64,000 nt of DNA. Origin: Antedon mediterranea. Taxonomy: Eukaryota; Animalia; Echinodermata. Under the pieces are notes generated by a model. The model saw nothing but the letters and a program-made list of their open reading frames with translations, had not been told where the DNA came from and did not search any database. How positions within the stretch are numbered: position 1 is the stretch's first letter; the number at the start of each line of letters is the position of its first letter. The position numbers were made by a program, and so were the translations under genes. The stretch is from positions 20,894,001 to 20,958,000 of the forward strand of contig NC_092674.1 of the NCBI RefSeq assembly GCF_964355755.1. The letters are read 5' to 3'. Shown piece by piece: positions 1 to 14,579 of this stretch.

Positions 1-3000
1 GCGCTCTTTGAAATTTGTATAACTTTGACTAAAGAAATTTAAAAACAACGTTTTAACTTCAACTGGCCATATGATAACATCACAACATCCGATAGGCTTA
101 ATTTTTATATGAATTCATATCTACATTTAATCAGCTTTCATAATAAATTATAATCTTCAAGGTCACCTTTAATTCTGAAGAGCTATAACATATTCAAATG
201 TATGGTGTAGCTGAAATTACACGACCTTGGTTATTAAAGTTTTTACACATGATGACGTCATCAAAATAAAAATGTTGACAACTCTTGAGAAAGATAATTA
301 ATTGAGCAAGCACATACTAAAATTTCGGCGAAAATCGGGCTCAAATAACGGAGATGCGCTCTATTGAATGTGATAACCCACACAAAAAGATAAAAATTAC
401 TAATTTTTAAATTGAAGTGGCCATTTGATGACGTCATCCCATTTTGTACGTCTAATGTGTACATGAATATGTATCTACAACGCAATGGCTTCCCGAATAA
501 GTTAAAAAAATTGGGGGTCACCTGCCATTCTGAAGAGTTATATTCATTTTAAAAAGGCCTTATTTTTCACCATTTTCAGCACTTTGATGCAATTAATTTG
601 CGCATTTTGTTATTTTTAACCTGCTCGTATAGCGTTATTTTCAGTCGGAACCTACTCAAATTTGGTGAATGTACTAAGGATGGTGAGTAGAACGAGATTT
701 GTATAAAAAAATTGCAAATTTTACGCTTTGTAAGTATCGCGCGCGCAAAATATTTTTTTTGCGCAGTAATTTTTTGAAACACGCAAATGGCCTAATTCAT
801 GCTCTAAATTAATTAAAACGTAATTTTGAGCTTTTTAAATTTTTACTGCGCGATTCCACACGCATGACCCTACGTGCGCGCGCATTTTTACTTGCTAATA
901 TTTTTACCCTTGACCTGAGGTTTACGTGTAGTGAATTTCATAAATATGTGATAATAAATTATGGATATATGATTGATAATGTGATTTCACAAAATGGCGT
1001 ATACGTGACGCCACGGATGAGTGATCACGCTGAAAAGCTTATTATGGCTAAGTTAAAATATTTGAAAGACATTGTGAAATTTTTGTGATCATTGCTATTC
1101 AACTTTTTGAGATAGTTGACGAACAAATACGAAAGCGATGAAAAAACTACTTTTTAACTTCAACTGGCCATATGATAACGTCACAAAATCCGATAGGCTT
1201 AATTTTGATATGAATTAATATCTACATTTCACCAACTCTCATAATAAGTTATAAACATCAAGGTCAACTTTAATTCAGAAGAGCTGTAATGTATTCAAAT
1301 TTACCTTGTAGGTGAAATTACGTAACCACCGTTATTTAAATTTTAAGACGTGATGACGTCATCCAAATGAAAATCTTGGTAACTCATAAGTAACATAATT
1401 GGTTGAGGTAGAATGTATTAAAAATTAAAAGAAAATCGATCACAGATAAGCGAGTTGCACTCTGTTGAATATAGTGGTCTATGACAAAAGGGGAAAAAAC
1501 CCTATTTTAAAAATTCATGTGGCCAAATGATGACGTCATACCATTTTGTACATCTAATGTGTACGCCATCCTATGACATGATGCATACGCTTATAGTGCT
1601 GAGTTGTGCCTATTATATGCCATATACAATATGTACAGTATTATACTGTATATCTATATACAGTGTAGCATAGGTGAAATTACGGGACACACATCATGTT
1701 CTAATTTTTTGGTATGATGGAATTATCAAAATAAACATAAAGATGACAATTTCGAAAGATAATGAATTGAGCAAATAAATATAAGAATTGGAAGAGAATC
1801 TGGCACGTAGAAGCGCCGTGCGCGGCCTTCGAAATTTGTATAACTTTGACGAAAAAGATGAAAAAACTACTTTTTAACTTCATCTGGCAATATGTTAACG
1901 TCACAACATCCGATAGGCTTGGTTTTTATATGAATTCATATCTATATTTCATCAGCTTTCATAATAAATTAAAATCATCAAGGTAACCTTCAATTCTGAA
2001 GAGCTGTAAGATATTCAAATTTACGGCGAAGGTGAAATTACACGACCTACGTTATTCAAGTTTTTATGCATGATGACGTCATCAAAATGAAAACACTGAC
2101 AACTTATGAAAAAGATAAATAATTAAGCAAGCACACACTGAAATTTGTGCGAAAATCGAGCTCAAATAGCGGAGATGCGCTCTATTGAATGTGATAACCT
2201 ACATAAAACGGAAAAAATCCTAATTTTTAAATTCAAGTGGCCATTTGATGACGTAATACCATTTTGTACGTCTAATGTGTATATACATTTATATCTACAA
2301 CTCATTGGCTACCATAATAAGTTAAAAAAATTGGGGGTCACCTGCCATTCAAAAGAGTTATATTCGTTTTAAAAAGGCCTTATTTTTTATCATTTTTAGC
2401 ACTTTTGTATAATTAATGTGCGCATTTTGTCATTTTTAACGTGCTCGTATAGCACTATTTTAAGTCGAAATGGACTCAAATTTGGTGAATGTACCAAGGA
2501 AGATGAGTAGAACGCAATTTGTACAAGAAATTGTTATTTTTTACGTTTTCTATGTACGCACGCGCAAAAACGTGTTTTTGCGCAGTAATTTTTTAAACAT
2601 GCAAATGGCCTAATTCATGCTCTAAATTGATCAAAACGTAATTTTGAGCATTTTAAATTTTTAACACGCGATTTCACGCGCTTAACCCTACGTGCGCGTG
2701 CGTTTTTATTTCCTAATATTTTTACCCTTGACCTAAAGTTTACGTGTAGTGAATTTCATTAATATGTCATAATGAATTATGGAGATATGATTGATAATGT
2801 GATTTCACAAAATCGCGTATAAATGACGTTACGGATGAGTGATCACGCTGAAAAGCTTATTAGGACTAAGTTACAGTATTTGAAAGACATTGTGAAATTT
2901 TGGTAATCATTGACATTAAACTTTTTGAGATATTTGTTAAACAAAATCTGTACAGAAAGAAATTGCGAAGAAATTTTTTTTTTAACAAAAACAATTTCTC

Positions 3001-4800
3001 ACTAGAATTTAATTCGTCACTTTGACGAATTATAGGTGATCATTTTTATCATTTTAATGAAATTAATTTTTTTTAAACATGTACGTACGTTAACATACGA
3101 TAGGAAAATGTTGATGTATGCCATCCTATTATACGCTTATAGTGCTGAGTTATGCCTATTATATGCCATATACAATGTACAGTATATACTGTATATCTAT
3201 ATACAGTGTAGCATAGGTGAAATTATGGGACACACATCAAGTTCAAATTTTTTGGTATGATGGGATTATCAAAATAAACTCAAAGATGACAATTTCGAAA
3301 GATAATGAATTGAGCAAATAAATATAAGGATTGGAAGAGAATTTGACACGTAGAAGCGCAATGCGCGCTCTTTGAAATTTGTATAACTTCGACTAAAGAA
3401 ATTTAAAAACTACTTTTTAACTTCAACTGGCCATATGATAACATCACAACATCCGATAGGCTTAATTTTGATATGAATTCATATCTACATTTCATCAGCT
3501 TTCATAATAAATTATAATCTTCAAGGTCACCTTTAATTCTGAGGAGCTATAAGATATTCAAATGTATGGTGTAGCTGAAATTACACGACCTAGGTTATTC
3601 AAGTTTTTACGCGTGATGACGTCATCACAATAAAAATGTTGACAACTCACGAGAAAGATAATTAATTGAGCAAGCACATACTAAAATATCTGCAAAAATC
3701 GGGCTCAAATAACGGAGATGCGCTCTATTGAATGTGATAACCCACACAAAAAGATAAAAATTACTAATTTTTAAATTCAAGTGGCCATTTCATGACGTCA
3801 TACCATTTTGTACGTCTAATATGTATATATATTTATATCTACAACTTATTGGCTTCCATAATAAGTTAAAAAAATTGGGGGTCACCTGCCATTCTGAAGA
3901 GTTATGTTCATTTTAAAAAGGCCTTATTTTTTACCATTTTTAGCACTTTTGTACAATTAATGTGCGCATTTTGTCATTTTTAACGTGCTCGTATAGCGTT
4001 ATTTTAAGTCGGAATGGACTCAAAGTCGGAGAATGTACTAAGGATTGTGAGTAGAATATGATGTATACATCAAATTTTATTTTTTACCCTTTTTAAAAAT
4101 CGCGTGCGCAAAAATGTGTTTTTGTGCAGTAATTTTTTGAAACACGCAAATGGCCTATTTCATGCTCTAAATTGATCAAAACTTAAATTTGAGCTTTTTA
4201 AAATTTTAATGCGCGATTTCACGCGCATGACCTTGAAACACGCAATATTTTATTTGCTAATACTTTTACCTTTGACCTGAAGTTTACGTGTAGTGAATTT
4301 CATTAATATGTGATAATGAATTATGGAGATATGATTGACAATGTGATTTCACAAAATGGCGTATACGCGACGTCATGGATGAGTGATCACGCTGAAAAGC
4401 TTATTAGGACTAAGTTACAGTATTTGTAAGACATTGTAAAATTTTGGTAATCATTAACATTAAACTTTTTGAGATATTTGTTACACAAAATCTGTACAGA
4501 GAGAAATAAATAATAAGAATCGTACGTCACGTTGCGCAATTGTAAACATCATGAAAAGCTTCGCTTGACGACGTTACATAAATGTCAAAATGTTAACATA
4601 GGTAACAAAATGTTATGTTTGCAAGTTTTAGAGAAAAGCGTTACACAAAAATCATACAGAAAGAAAGAAGAAAAATAAAAAGTTGATGTTGATGATTTCG
4701 TACAATCACAAGAGGTTATCCTGCAACTTCGTTGCGGATAACCAATAAAGATTTCATACAATAACAATAGGTGATCATTTTATTCTAAATGATCACCTAA
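1..4800. repeat. Tandem array of a ~1.5-1.8 kb composite repeat (about 3 full units plus a partial one), Helentron/DINE-like
   Basis: The block gaaatttgtataact..aacttcaactggccatatgataac recurs at ~10, ~1830 and ~3375, and partially at ~1140. The connector ~1580-1825 recurs at ~3130-3365. The array ends in a 13-bp perfect stem: taggtgatcattt (4768-4780) / aaatgatcaccta (4787-4799). Confidence 0.8.
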
Positions 4801-6667
4801 TTAAATGATTTAATAGTCAAATACAAATACAGTTCGTTTCAAACAGCTATATTCAATGCAAAATAACAGTCCACGTCACTCTGTCCGCCGTGTACTTCGG
4901 CGTTCACAATGTATTGTTCCACAGTGTTCACTGCGATGAAGACTAGAAGACTTTATCTTCGACGTGCCTCTACATAGTAGGGTAGGAAGGAGGGGTTACC
5001 GTGCACCCCCATGATGTATTTTTTTAATGTACTTTTTTGTAATCCTGAATATATGTAATTAACATTTTTTGATGTTCCCAAGACGAAATATTGTCCCATG
5101 GGGTTTTTTGGGGGCCATTTTGGTGGCCATCTTGGATTTATCAAAATCATAGGTCTGATTTTGGTCTTAAATTGTTCAGAATATGCACATTTCTATGTAC
5201 TATAATGAAAAGTTTTCGTTCAAAATGGCCGTAAATGCCACTTTTGACCTTTGACCTTGTTTTTACATAAGGGTCATATCTTGGTAACCCCTGGTCATAA
5301 AGATTTTATTTTTTATCTTAAATTGTTCAGAATATCCATATTTATATTAGCTTTAATGGAACATATTTTGGAAATTTGACGGGAAATATCATTTTTGACC
5401 TTTGACATTCTTGCATAACGATTTTCGCAATAATTTAGACTATTTTTGTATTCGACCTATATCTTGACAACGAGTGATCATAGAGGTTTGATTTTGGTCT
5501 TATATTGTTCAGAATATGCACTTTCCTATGTACTATAATAAAACATTTTCATACAAAATGACCGGAAATACGACTTTTGACCTTTGACCTCGTTTTTACA
5601 TAAGGGTCATATCTCGGTAACCAATGGTCATAACGATTTTATTTTTGTTTTAAATTGTTCGGAGTATCCATATTTATAATAGCTTTAATGAAACATATCT
5701 TTGAAATTTGATGGAAAATATCACTTTTGACCTTTGACATTATTTCCACACGAGGGTCATATCTCGGTAACCCCTGGTCATAAAGACTTTATTTTTGTCA
5801 TAAATTGTTCAGAATATATCTATATTTATATAAGATTTAATGAAACATATTTTTTAAAGTTGGCAGGAAATACAACTTTTGACCTTTTACCTTGTTTCCA
5901 CCCGAGGGTCATATCTCGGTAACCCCTGGTCATAAAGACTTTATTTTTGTCATAAATTGTTCAGAATATCCATATTTATATAACATTTAATGAAATACAA
6001 CTTTTGACCTTATTTTCACCTGAGGGTCATATCTCGGTAACACATTTTTTTTGTCTTAGATTGTTCAAAACATACATATTTCTATCCACTCTAATGAATA
6101 TTTATTTAAAACAATGATCATAAATGTTACTATCAATTGTCACATTTAACACCTTCCACAGACTTCTCATACAGTAAGAATTTTTTCTGTTTTAAAGTAA
6201 ATATAAATTTAAAAGATGTAAATAAAATAACATGCTGAGAAAAAGGGAAAATTACAGACTTTATAAAAAAACTGACAATAAATGTCATTTTTTACCTTTG
6301 ATCCCTATTTAAATATAATTTACATATAATGCGAGAATTCTTAACAATTCTCAAATTAGAAAAAAGTATAAAAAAATGGTAAAATGTAAAGTATCTGATA
6401 AATAATTTAAAAAAAGTGTCTGATAACACGTTTCATTACATAATTATTCATAATTAAAGGTGACTACTTTTATCCAATAGAATGTGTTTATTGTCCAATT
6501 GGAAGAGACAATAACAAAATTAATGTCAACATCTTCATAATCTTAATTTATTTTGGAAACAGTACTGATAGACGGCTACAAAAATACATTCTAATCAAAT
6601 TCTATTCTTCATTAAATAATGGAAAATTTAGGGAAAGAAAAGGGAATAATTGTATTTTACACGTGGA

Positions 6668-6840
6668 TGGTATTCTTGACATAACACTCGATCTGAGGAC
6701 AGGTACCTTCCACCCAAATACACCAAACCAAACAATACACCATTATATGTACACCGTGAAAGTAATCATCGGCCATCAATTACGCAATATACCACTAGCA
6801 ATAAATAAACGACTCTCAAACATCTCATCCGATGAAAATT
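6668..6840 (+). pseudogene. Penelope-like retroelement RT C-terminal fragment
   Basis: Frameshifted reading ILDITLDLRTGTF.P.TKPNNTPLYVHRESNH..RNIPLAINKRLSNISSDE, typical of the Penelope RT thumb region. Confidence 0.75.
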
Positions 6841-8545
6841 GTATGAACACAACTTGTTCATTTGGCATTAATTTTGCACCCGATTCTCGTACGGTTCATG
6901 TCTAACAACAAGAAACTGCTGCGCTGTTCCATGTCAAGCGACCATAACAGGCCCATCCATATCACGCATGTGTCACTGTTGCATGTCCCAGTACTGTACT
7001 ACTGTAAACTTCATTCATCTAATGTGAAATTGTCCGCCGGCAACCAGCAGACTGAATGAATAATTTCAATTAATATTATTTTGATCATATTTGTAAATAT
7101 ATTGTAATATCAGTTGCATGGACATTTCATTTACACTTTAATTAAATGCATTATTACATTTTTTTACTTGCCTGACATATTATATCTATTAATTTTTTAT
7201 TGACAGATTAAGTGATATTTTTTTTAAAAATCGCGTATCAAAAGGTCATCTTTTGACATAAATTAAAAATAATACTTACGTATAAACTATTTAAATTAAG
7301 TATAAAAAATATCAAGTGATGCATTATCCTGCCTATAATATTATATAAGCTTAGTTATATTAAAACTTAATTGTATAGTAGATACTGTATATTATAGCGA
7401 TGTAAAACTGTGTTAACAAGTTGTCGCGCCTGCTGGCCATCAACCAGCTACCACATTACGTACGTGCCGTGTGCACCTAGACCAATTGCTGAATTGAATC
7501 GGTCTGGTCAATTCGTCCCTCATTCGTACCAATGTTGTTAGTTAGGATCTATCTGCTTGATCAATTCCCACTTGGTTGTCTTTGTCCCTTAAAATTCTAT
7601 TAGATGTACATTAACTATTGAATAAACTGACCATCTAGTAGTAGGTTATGATAGCCCTCTAGAATCCCCTAGATAGTCTACTAGGCTAGCCTAGTTTAGT
7701 ACTACTACTAGCCTATATAGGGATTATAGCCTAGCTAGGCTAGGCTTTAGGGCCTTTGGGCCTTGTTTAGGTAGGTAGGCCAGGCCTAGCCTACTAGACC
7801 CTCCCGCCTACCACAGGCCCTATGCCATAGCCCCAAGGATGCTGGTGAACCCGTATCCAAACCAACTTGTACCCGGATGCCAACTCGTACCCAACAAGGG
7901 CCAAATTGGTCAACTCGTACTCACTTTGGCTAAAACCCGTACCCGGGCCCGTACCCAAATCAACCCGTACCTAATTATTTGGCTTACTCGTAACGGATCC
8001 TATTAAACCTATGCTAGTAGCTAAGCATAGCCGGTTGTCAAACTAATAATGAGGTTCACAGATGATGAGGGTCATTTCAAGACGATCAGGACAAACTAAT
8101 TAATGTACTAATTCAGGACGTTTGGGCCGCAAATTTGTTTTTTTAAATGGGAAAAGACAATCAGTGATCGGTTCATTCATAATAACAACATTTTATAAAA
8201 CAGATGATTATTTGTACTACTGTATTAAACAAATTTGCACATTTTTTTTCCCCTCAGTTTTGAAAAATGAGGTCAAATGATGTTATAAATAAACGCAGTA
8301 CTCAACTAAATTGAAGATTGCAAATGTAAATTAGGTAAAAAATGAATATTATTATTATAACGATAAACTTAAGTTGTTTCTCTCTTTATTATCCATGGCA
8401 TGTCGAAAAGTAGGTATAAGAACTCATAAAACAGTTGATCATGGAATATTGGTTATTTAAAATATTGAAAAAGATTTTCAAACCAGAATATAAAACAACC
8501 AAGCCCAGCTAAACATTAGAACTATCAGACCCAACGGTAAGACTA

Positions 8546-8737
8546 TTGTGCCCAACGCCTATGACTGACCCAAAACTGAAGATGATGGGCCGGCGGGCCC
8601 ACAGTTCATGTGGTGCAGATTTTAATAATGAAAATTTTTTTGGATGTTTGGACTGTGGTCCAAAAGTATATTTCTGCCAGTCGTGTCTGCTGGTAACACA
8701 CCGGCAGAAAATTCTTCATGTTCTTGAAATTTGTAAA
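8546..8737 (+). pseudogene. CxC-type zinc-cluster exon resembling the N-terminal region of KDZ transposases
   Basis: Reads SCGADFNNENFFGCLDCGPKVYFCQSCLLVTHRQKILHVLEICK, then a gtaagt donor. The C..C-C..C....H...H spacing matches the cysteine clusters preceding CxC2/CxC3 domains. Confidence 0.6.
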
Positions 8738-9559
8738 GTAAGTAAAATCATTCACAAGTTATGACAGTTTTACTGTTTTTCCCCAGTGTCCAAGTTTACA
8801 CGTGCCAAACTTACAAGTTGAAGTCTGATGTCAACTATCTTGTTTAATTATAAGCCAGCAAATTTGATTCACATAATCTGATTTAACATTTAAATGTATG
8901 GAACATTTGTTAGACCTACCAACTTACTTGCTGCTAAGGCTTTCTGCTAAACCTTTTGAGGTTACAGTTATGTTTAACACGCTAAAAATACACAGATGAC
9001 GTGTAATGAAAATCGGAAAAAAAGGTATTCTGAAAAAAAAGGCGAGTTGAAGAATCATAAATTTAGCCGATACCGTGTTGATGTGTTCTCAGGCTATAGT
9101 TTGACCTCTTGTTAAACAGTAATTATTGACAGTTAATATATATGGTAGGGTTGATGTGTAGTTTTTAAAACAAATCGAGGGAAATACTGTATTGTTATGA
9201 ATATTATACCAGCATAGGCCTAGGCATAGTGAGTAAAATTCTAACTAAAATGCTTTGAAAACTAGGCAGGCTATGGCTGCTAAGCTAGCCCTAGCCAAAT
9301 AACAATTTTAATACTAAGCAAAATATTTTGGTTAAAACTTAGCATTATGGTTTTGCTACAATTATTAAGTGTATGTTGAAAAACTTATGGACGAAAAAGG
9401 CTCCACTATGAAAATCAAAATGGCGAAATGCTTGAAATCATGAAATTGCAAAAATTTAGTGCCATGAAAATAAAAGATTTTACAGTATATCATTGTAACT
9501 GTACCTGAGAGTTTTATTTTATATTAGTACAATGCCAGTACAACTTTTTGTACATGCCA

Positions 9560-11270
9560 TGTAACTAACAAAATGATTTGATGGTTTGTCAACAAGCTAT
9601 AAATTGCTGGGTTTTTAATATTAGTTGCATTTTCAGTACAACTTGTTGAAGATAAAATACTAGCTCTAAAATACTAGTCTACTAGCTGTCTATTTTAGAC
9701 TTCATAGTTTAATTACTAAACATGTCTTAATTAGGCATTATCATTTTGTTTCTGTCCACAGTTTGTTCCTATTGAACTTGCAGCATTTCCAGAGAAATAT
9801 CATGAGGATGTTGATATTAAAAGTAAGTTGTGATTTTACTAAACAGCCATGTACAGCCAAATTTGCCTCTATTCACTGTTTGTGCTTTGTAGTTTTATAT
9901 TAGTTGCATTGCCAGTACAACTTGATGTAGGCCTACACAGCATATCAACTAACATAATATCATTAAATGATTTGTCTACTACTAGCTGTCTATTTTAACT
10001 TGATAATTTAACCATGGACCTATAAATTAATCTAATTTATAGGTCCATGATTTAACTAAGAAATATGTCCTAATCAGTCATTGTGCTTCTATCCACAGGT
10101 TGTCATGCATGCTATTGGAAAAAAATTCCCATAGAAATGTCATGAGGATGTTGATATTGTGCACATTAAAAGTAAGTTATGAGTCTACAGCACAGTCTAG
10201 TTTAAAGCCAAATTTGCACTTATTCACTTTGTGGTATTGTGCACAGTCAGGTAGACAGCCCAATTTGCCTCTATTCACTGTTTGTACTGTGTAGTTGTAT
10301 TGGTATTGATGCCAGTGTTTTCTATTCGTTGCATTGCCAGTGCAACTTGCTGTACATATTAACTAACATAATGATTACATGGTTTGTCTACTAGCTGTCG
10401 ATTTTAAGTTTCTTGGACTCTGTTTTTAATCCTTTTTGGTTTTTTTCAATGTAATTAATAAAGAACCTACTTATGTTTTAGACCTGATTTGTAGCAATAA
10501 GGATATTTCTAATAGTGTTAATTGTAATGATGACATTTTTAATTCTGATCATTCTTCTTTAACCGTACTTATACATATTGTAATAGCATACGTGATGTTG
10601 ATCATTTTAAATAATTTTCAATTTTTAAAGACTAAATAATGCTGACTGAATTGATACTTTGTATCATATACCGTGTATCATATACCGTGTATTCTCTTGG
10701 AATTGTGCAATAATGTTGATGAATCTGTGTGACCTTTTCTATGATTTTGTTTTAGCTACTGCTTGCGATCTTGTTCCTATGTATAAACCTCGTAGGAAGC
10801 TACCTCCATTGTTTGATGCTGAACTTTTTGCTAGTGTTAAGTCCAAAGAAAAATCCTTAAATTCAAGAAGAAGTATCTTACTGATTCTGTATTACTGCTC
10901 CTTTGTAGGAGCAAGTACTACTCTTACTTACAAGCACTTGCTAATGAAATGAAATGTAACAACAACAAATTTTGGTCTTGGATGAAGAAGTCTTATAAAT
11001 CTAATTACTCTTAACCGTCAGCCTTAAATCTTGGAGGTACTTCTGTTTTTAAGCTGAGATGCTTAACAAAAGGCTGATATGTTTAACAATTATTTTCAAT
11101 CAATCTTTAAAGCTACAGTAGTGGTCCATATGAAATATCATGAGGATGGGGATATTTTTGTGCAGATTAAAAGTAAGTCTACAATACAGCAGCCTAGTAC
11201 AAAGCCAGATTTTCCCCTATCCACTGTTTGTGTTAATGTGTAGTTACACTTGTATTCATTTCTGTGTTTT
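9560..11270 (+). repeat. Degenerate ~340-bp direct repeat (about 3 copies), each with an exon-like segment
   Basis: catgaggatg..gatat..ttaaaagtaagt..agccaaattt recurs at ~9800, ~10140 and ~11140. ctagctgtc and tagttgcatt motifs also recur. Confidence 0.6.
10430..11110 (+). pseudogene. Degraded non-LTR retrotransposon ORF2 fragment (end of the APE endonuclease)
   Basis: KEPTYVLDLICSN...DIFNSDHS matches the PT..LDL...SDH endonuclease C-terminal motifs. The downstream region is frameshifted. Confidence 0.6.
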
Positions 11271-11985
11271 TATTTAGTTGCAACGGCAACATTGTACATG
11301 GCATATTATTTTACACAATTAAATAGTTGGTTTCTTTAACATTAACATTTTTACTAATCATTTTATGTTATGTTGTATGTTATTAATGTGTTGTTTCGGT
11401 GATCATGTAATTACAGTTGTATTTATTGTTACAGGATAAAATACAGGATTGTGTCGTGTGAATACATAAACAGACATATGAAGAAATAGGGGTTGAGGAT
11501 GAAATGCCATCACCCGTCCAAGACAGAATTTAGCACCTAAAAATATTCCTTAAAAGCATTATCAAATAAACATTTCAAAAATAAATATCAAATAATTTTA
11601 GTTGTATGTGATATTTTAGTGTGACAAAGAAATTACTGTTAATAATATTAAAATAATTTTGTATTTCGCAGAGATGTTTTAGATATTTATAGTACAAATT
11701 AATATTTTGTTTTATCAATTAACAATACAATAAATTACACGTCTTGTTGTTACTATTGATTTATATGGTATTGCAATAAAATGTATACAACACTCCTAGT
11801 TTCTTGAGAGTATATTTTGCAACAGAGCATTATTACAGGCCTACTTTTAGTAATGTTCACTTTGTAATATACCCTTGTACCAATTGATGGGTGTTGCACA
11901 TTATGCGAAATAATAATGGTTATAATAAGCATTATTAGTCATCTTACTGTTAAATATTCCACTAAAAGGCTGAAATGAAGAAAAT

Positions 11986-12480
11986 AGAGAGGTTTCGCAA
12001 TCTTACGAATACGATAACGAAAACAGATACGTCACACACACGTATTCGTTTTCGTAAGCCATAAAAAAATCTGTTTCGCATGGCAACGAAATATTGAGGC
12101 GCGTCCAAATGATGACTGCGGTAAATTTGAGCGAAGCGCAGGTACGTGTTGCTTGGTGCTTGGCTGCCTAGGCCTAGCGTAACATCAACGCGAGTGAGGA
12201 CTTTAAAAACTGCTATTTATCAAAATTGACTTGGCATTTTAGTAAATTACTTTCAATAAATCTATAATTATATTATAATCATGAATCATTCCTGATTCAA
12301 ATGCAAAATGTGCAAAATAGATCAAAAACTATACTCGTTTTGTAGTTACGAATATGACTGGCGATATTCGTCAACACGAATACGCTTTACGAATATTAAA
12401 TGGGGATCAGCTCAAAAGTTTCACAAATGTATGACGTATCCGTTTTCGTTATCGTATTCGTAAGGTTGCGAAACCTCCCT
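11986..12480. mobile_element. MITE with ~50-bp TIRs, flanked by AT
   Basis: agagaggtttcgcaatcttacgaatacgataacgaaaacagatacgtca versus tgacgtatccgttttcgttatcgtattcgtaaggttgcgaaacctccct. AT dinucleotide on both sides, compatible with ISL2EU-type insertion. Confidence 0.8.
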
Positions 12481-14579
12481 ATTGAGTTCATGAAAAATGT
12501 TGTAACGTCATCATAATGGCCACTCAAATATTCATTCATTCATTTATTTCGACAAATGGGTTCGAATAACCCCTTACCCCCCCCCCCCCCCCCAACTCCA
12601 CCAACTTTTTTTTTCTTAAGTGCCCTTTTCACACAGAGACCATCAGCGAAATTGCTAGTAAATGCCTAACTCATGAGAATTATGGCCAATTCTCCTAGCC
12701 AGCAGACATTTTTTTCATCTACTACAGTAGGTAGACTTAAATATATTTTTTCTTCAGTTGCTTGCATTTTTCCCTTTTTAAAGAAAAAAAAATGGCTACG
12801 GGTGCACTGCCATGTAGGGTGTTATAACTGTTTTTGATAACATCCTCTTCCCATGTACCCGTATTTATGTGTAATTAATAAAATGATATTAGGTAGTTCA
12901 TTTAGACGTGTAGCTACACCTGAAAGGGTCAATTTCAATCAACTAAGTTTAATACATTTTAAAATAAGGCATTAGGCCTAATAATAGTAACATATTTTTT
13001 TATTTTAAAGAATAATACTCTGTCTCCGTAAAAAAAAATGTTGTGTCACTTAAAGTTGTAAGATTTGCCTTCACCTATTATTATTGTAAAAGAATAATAC
13101 TGTGTCATTCTTTTTGTTTTGTACATTATTAATAGGAGCATTTTCACTAAAAAATGAGTTCAAGTTGCATAGTGTGTTCATAGGCATCATATTTTGAAAA
13201 TACAAATGGTCCAAACAATCTAAAATCTTAGTAAATTACCCAATTTTTCTACCAAAGATGAACAAATACATATAAAATGCTTGTACCAAATTTGAACAAA
13301 ATTGCAATTGATTAAGTATTTTTCCGCAATAGTTTTTGAATGCTGTTTTACAGTTTTATTATTAGTCCAAATAATATAAATTTCAATTACCAATACAAAT
13401 CTAACTTTCCAATATAATTGTATTACAATTTTGGAATTAAATGCTGTTTTATGTGTGGAACAAACTTACACTATTAAATATTAAGTATGTGTACTAATTA
13501 GTCATTATTAGCTATTATTTGACATTTATTTTTTCGTTATTTAAAATCTACGCGAAAAAATCGGAGAGGACGCTGTTTTGCTAGTAAATTGATATGGTTA
13601 GTGTGTGTGTTATTCTTCCGCTCGAGTATTCTTTAACTCACAGACTTCATCGCACAGGTACGGAGCTCCCAATTATTTTTGTATTCTTACACTACAGGAA
13701 AGGATATTCCATTTTGCTAAAGGAACCGTTAATTAATGCAATATGTTTATTTATTTTCAATTCATTTAATCAAGAAAGGAAACTAATGTCTAAAAAAATA
13801 AAGTATGAAACATAATGAATTAAAATAATAAGTACTTCCAATATGAGAAAATATATTATCAATGTGTAAAATATCTAGCAATGCATGCCTTAATAGTAAA
13901 TTGACGAGTCTCACTAAATATTGTAGGCTAGCTAGTGGTGGTTCAGTGTATGGGGAACCGGGAAGAGATTCGCTCTAGCCGCGTATGCTTATTAGTCACT
14001 CCGCGAGAGAGGTCGGCCTACGAGTAGGTCTTTTGGTTTAGTGGGGGCCTAGCTCATGTCTACCAGAGTGCCTCGGCGGGCTCTGAGGGCTCTACCTCCT
14101 ACCTATACCCAGCAGAAGGCAAGGCCGATGCTAGACAAGACCATTTTTAAATAGGGAAGTTACTAGTAGTTCCATTTATTTCTAGTTTAATAAATCAAAT
14201 AATAACACTTATACTACCTAAACAGAAACAAATTATGAAATGTGATGAAATGAAATAATAGTTAGGCTTACTGTTACGGGAAAATATGTTATCCACGGAG
14301 TAATAAAAAATATCAACAATAAAGTTGACGAGTCTCTGGCCAGCAACTAACTAAACTAACTCTTATACTTACAGCAAAGTTGTCTCAAAGAAAGCTTGAG
14401 TCTAAATAATTTCTTTGAATACTAAAAACAGGCCTAATGATGAAGGCTGCCTAGCCTACTAGTACTACATACTACTAGTACTAGTATGCGTTATACAAAT
14501 TTAAAACCATCCATTATTATATATTCTATAGGCCTACCTGTACGACCACTGTAAAACTAAGCCATGTTACAGTTTATGA

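Noticed and set aside
261-4767. Short ORFs in the first repeat array
   Set aside because: Not conserved in frame between repeat units and no recognisable domains.
12577-12593. Poly-C run (and poly-G at ~29279-29293) as a regulatory G-quadruplex
   Set aside because: Simple homopolymers with no supporting context, and their length is unreliable in assemblies.
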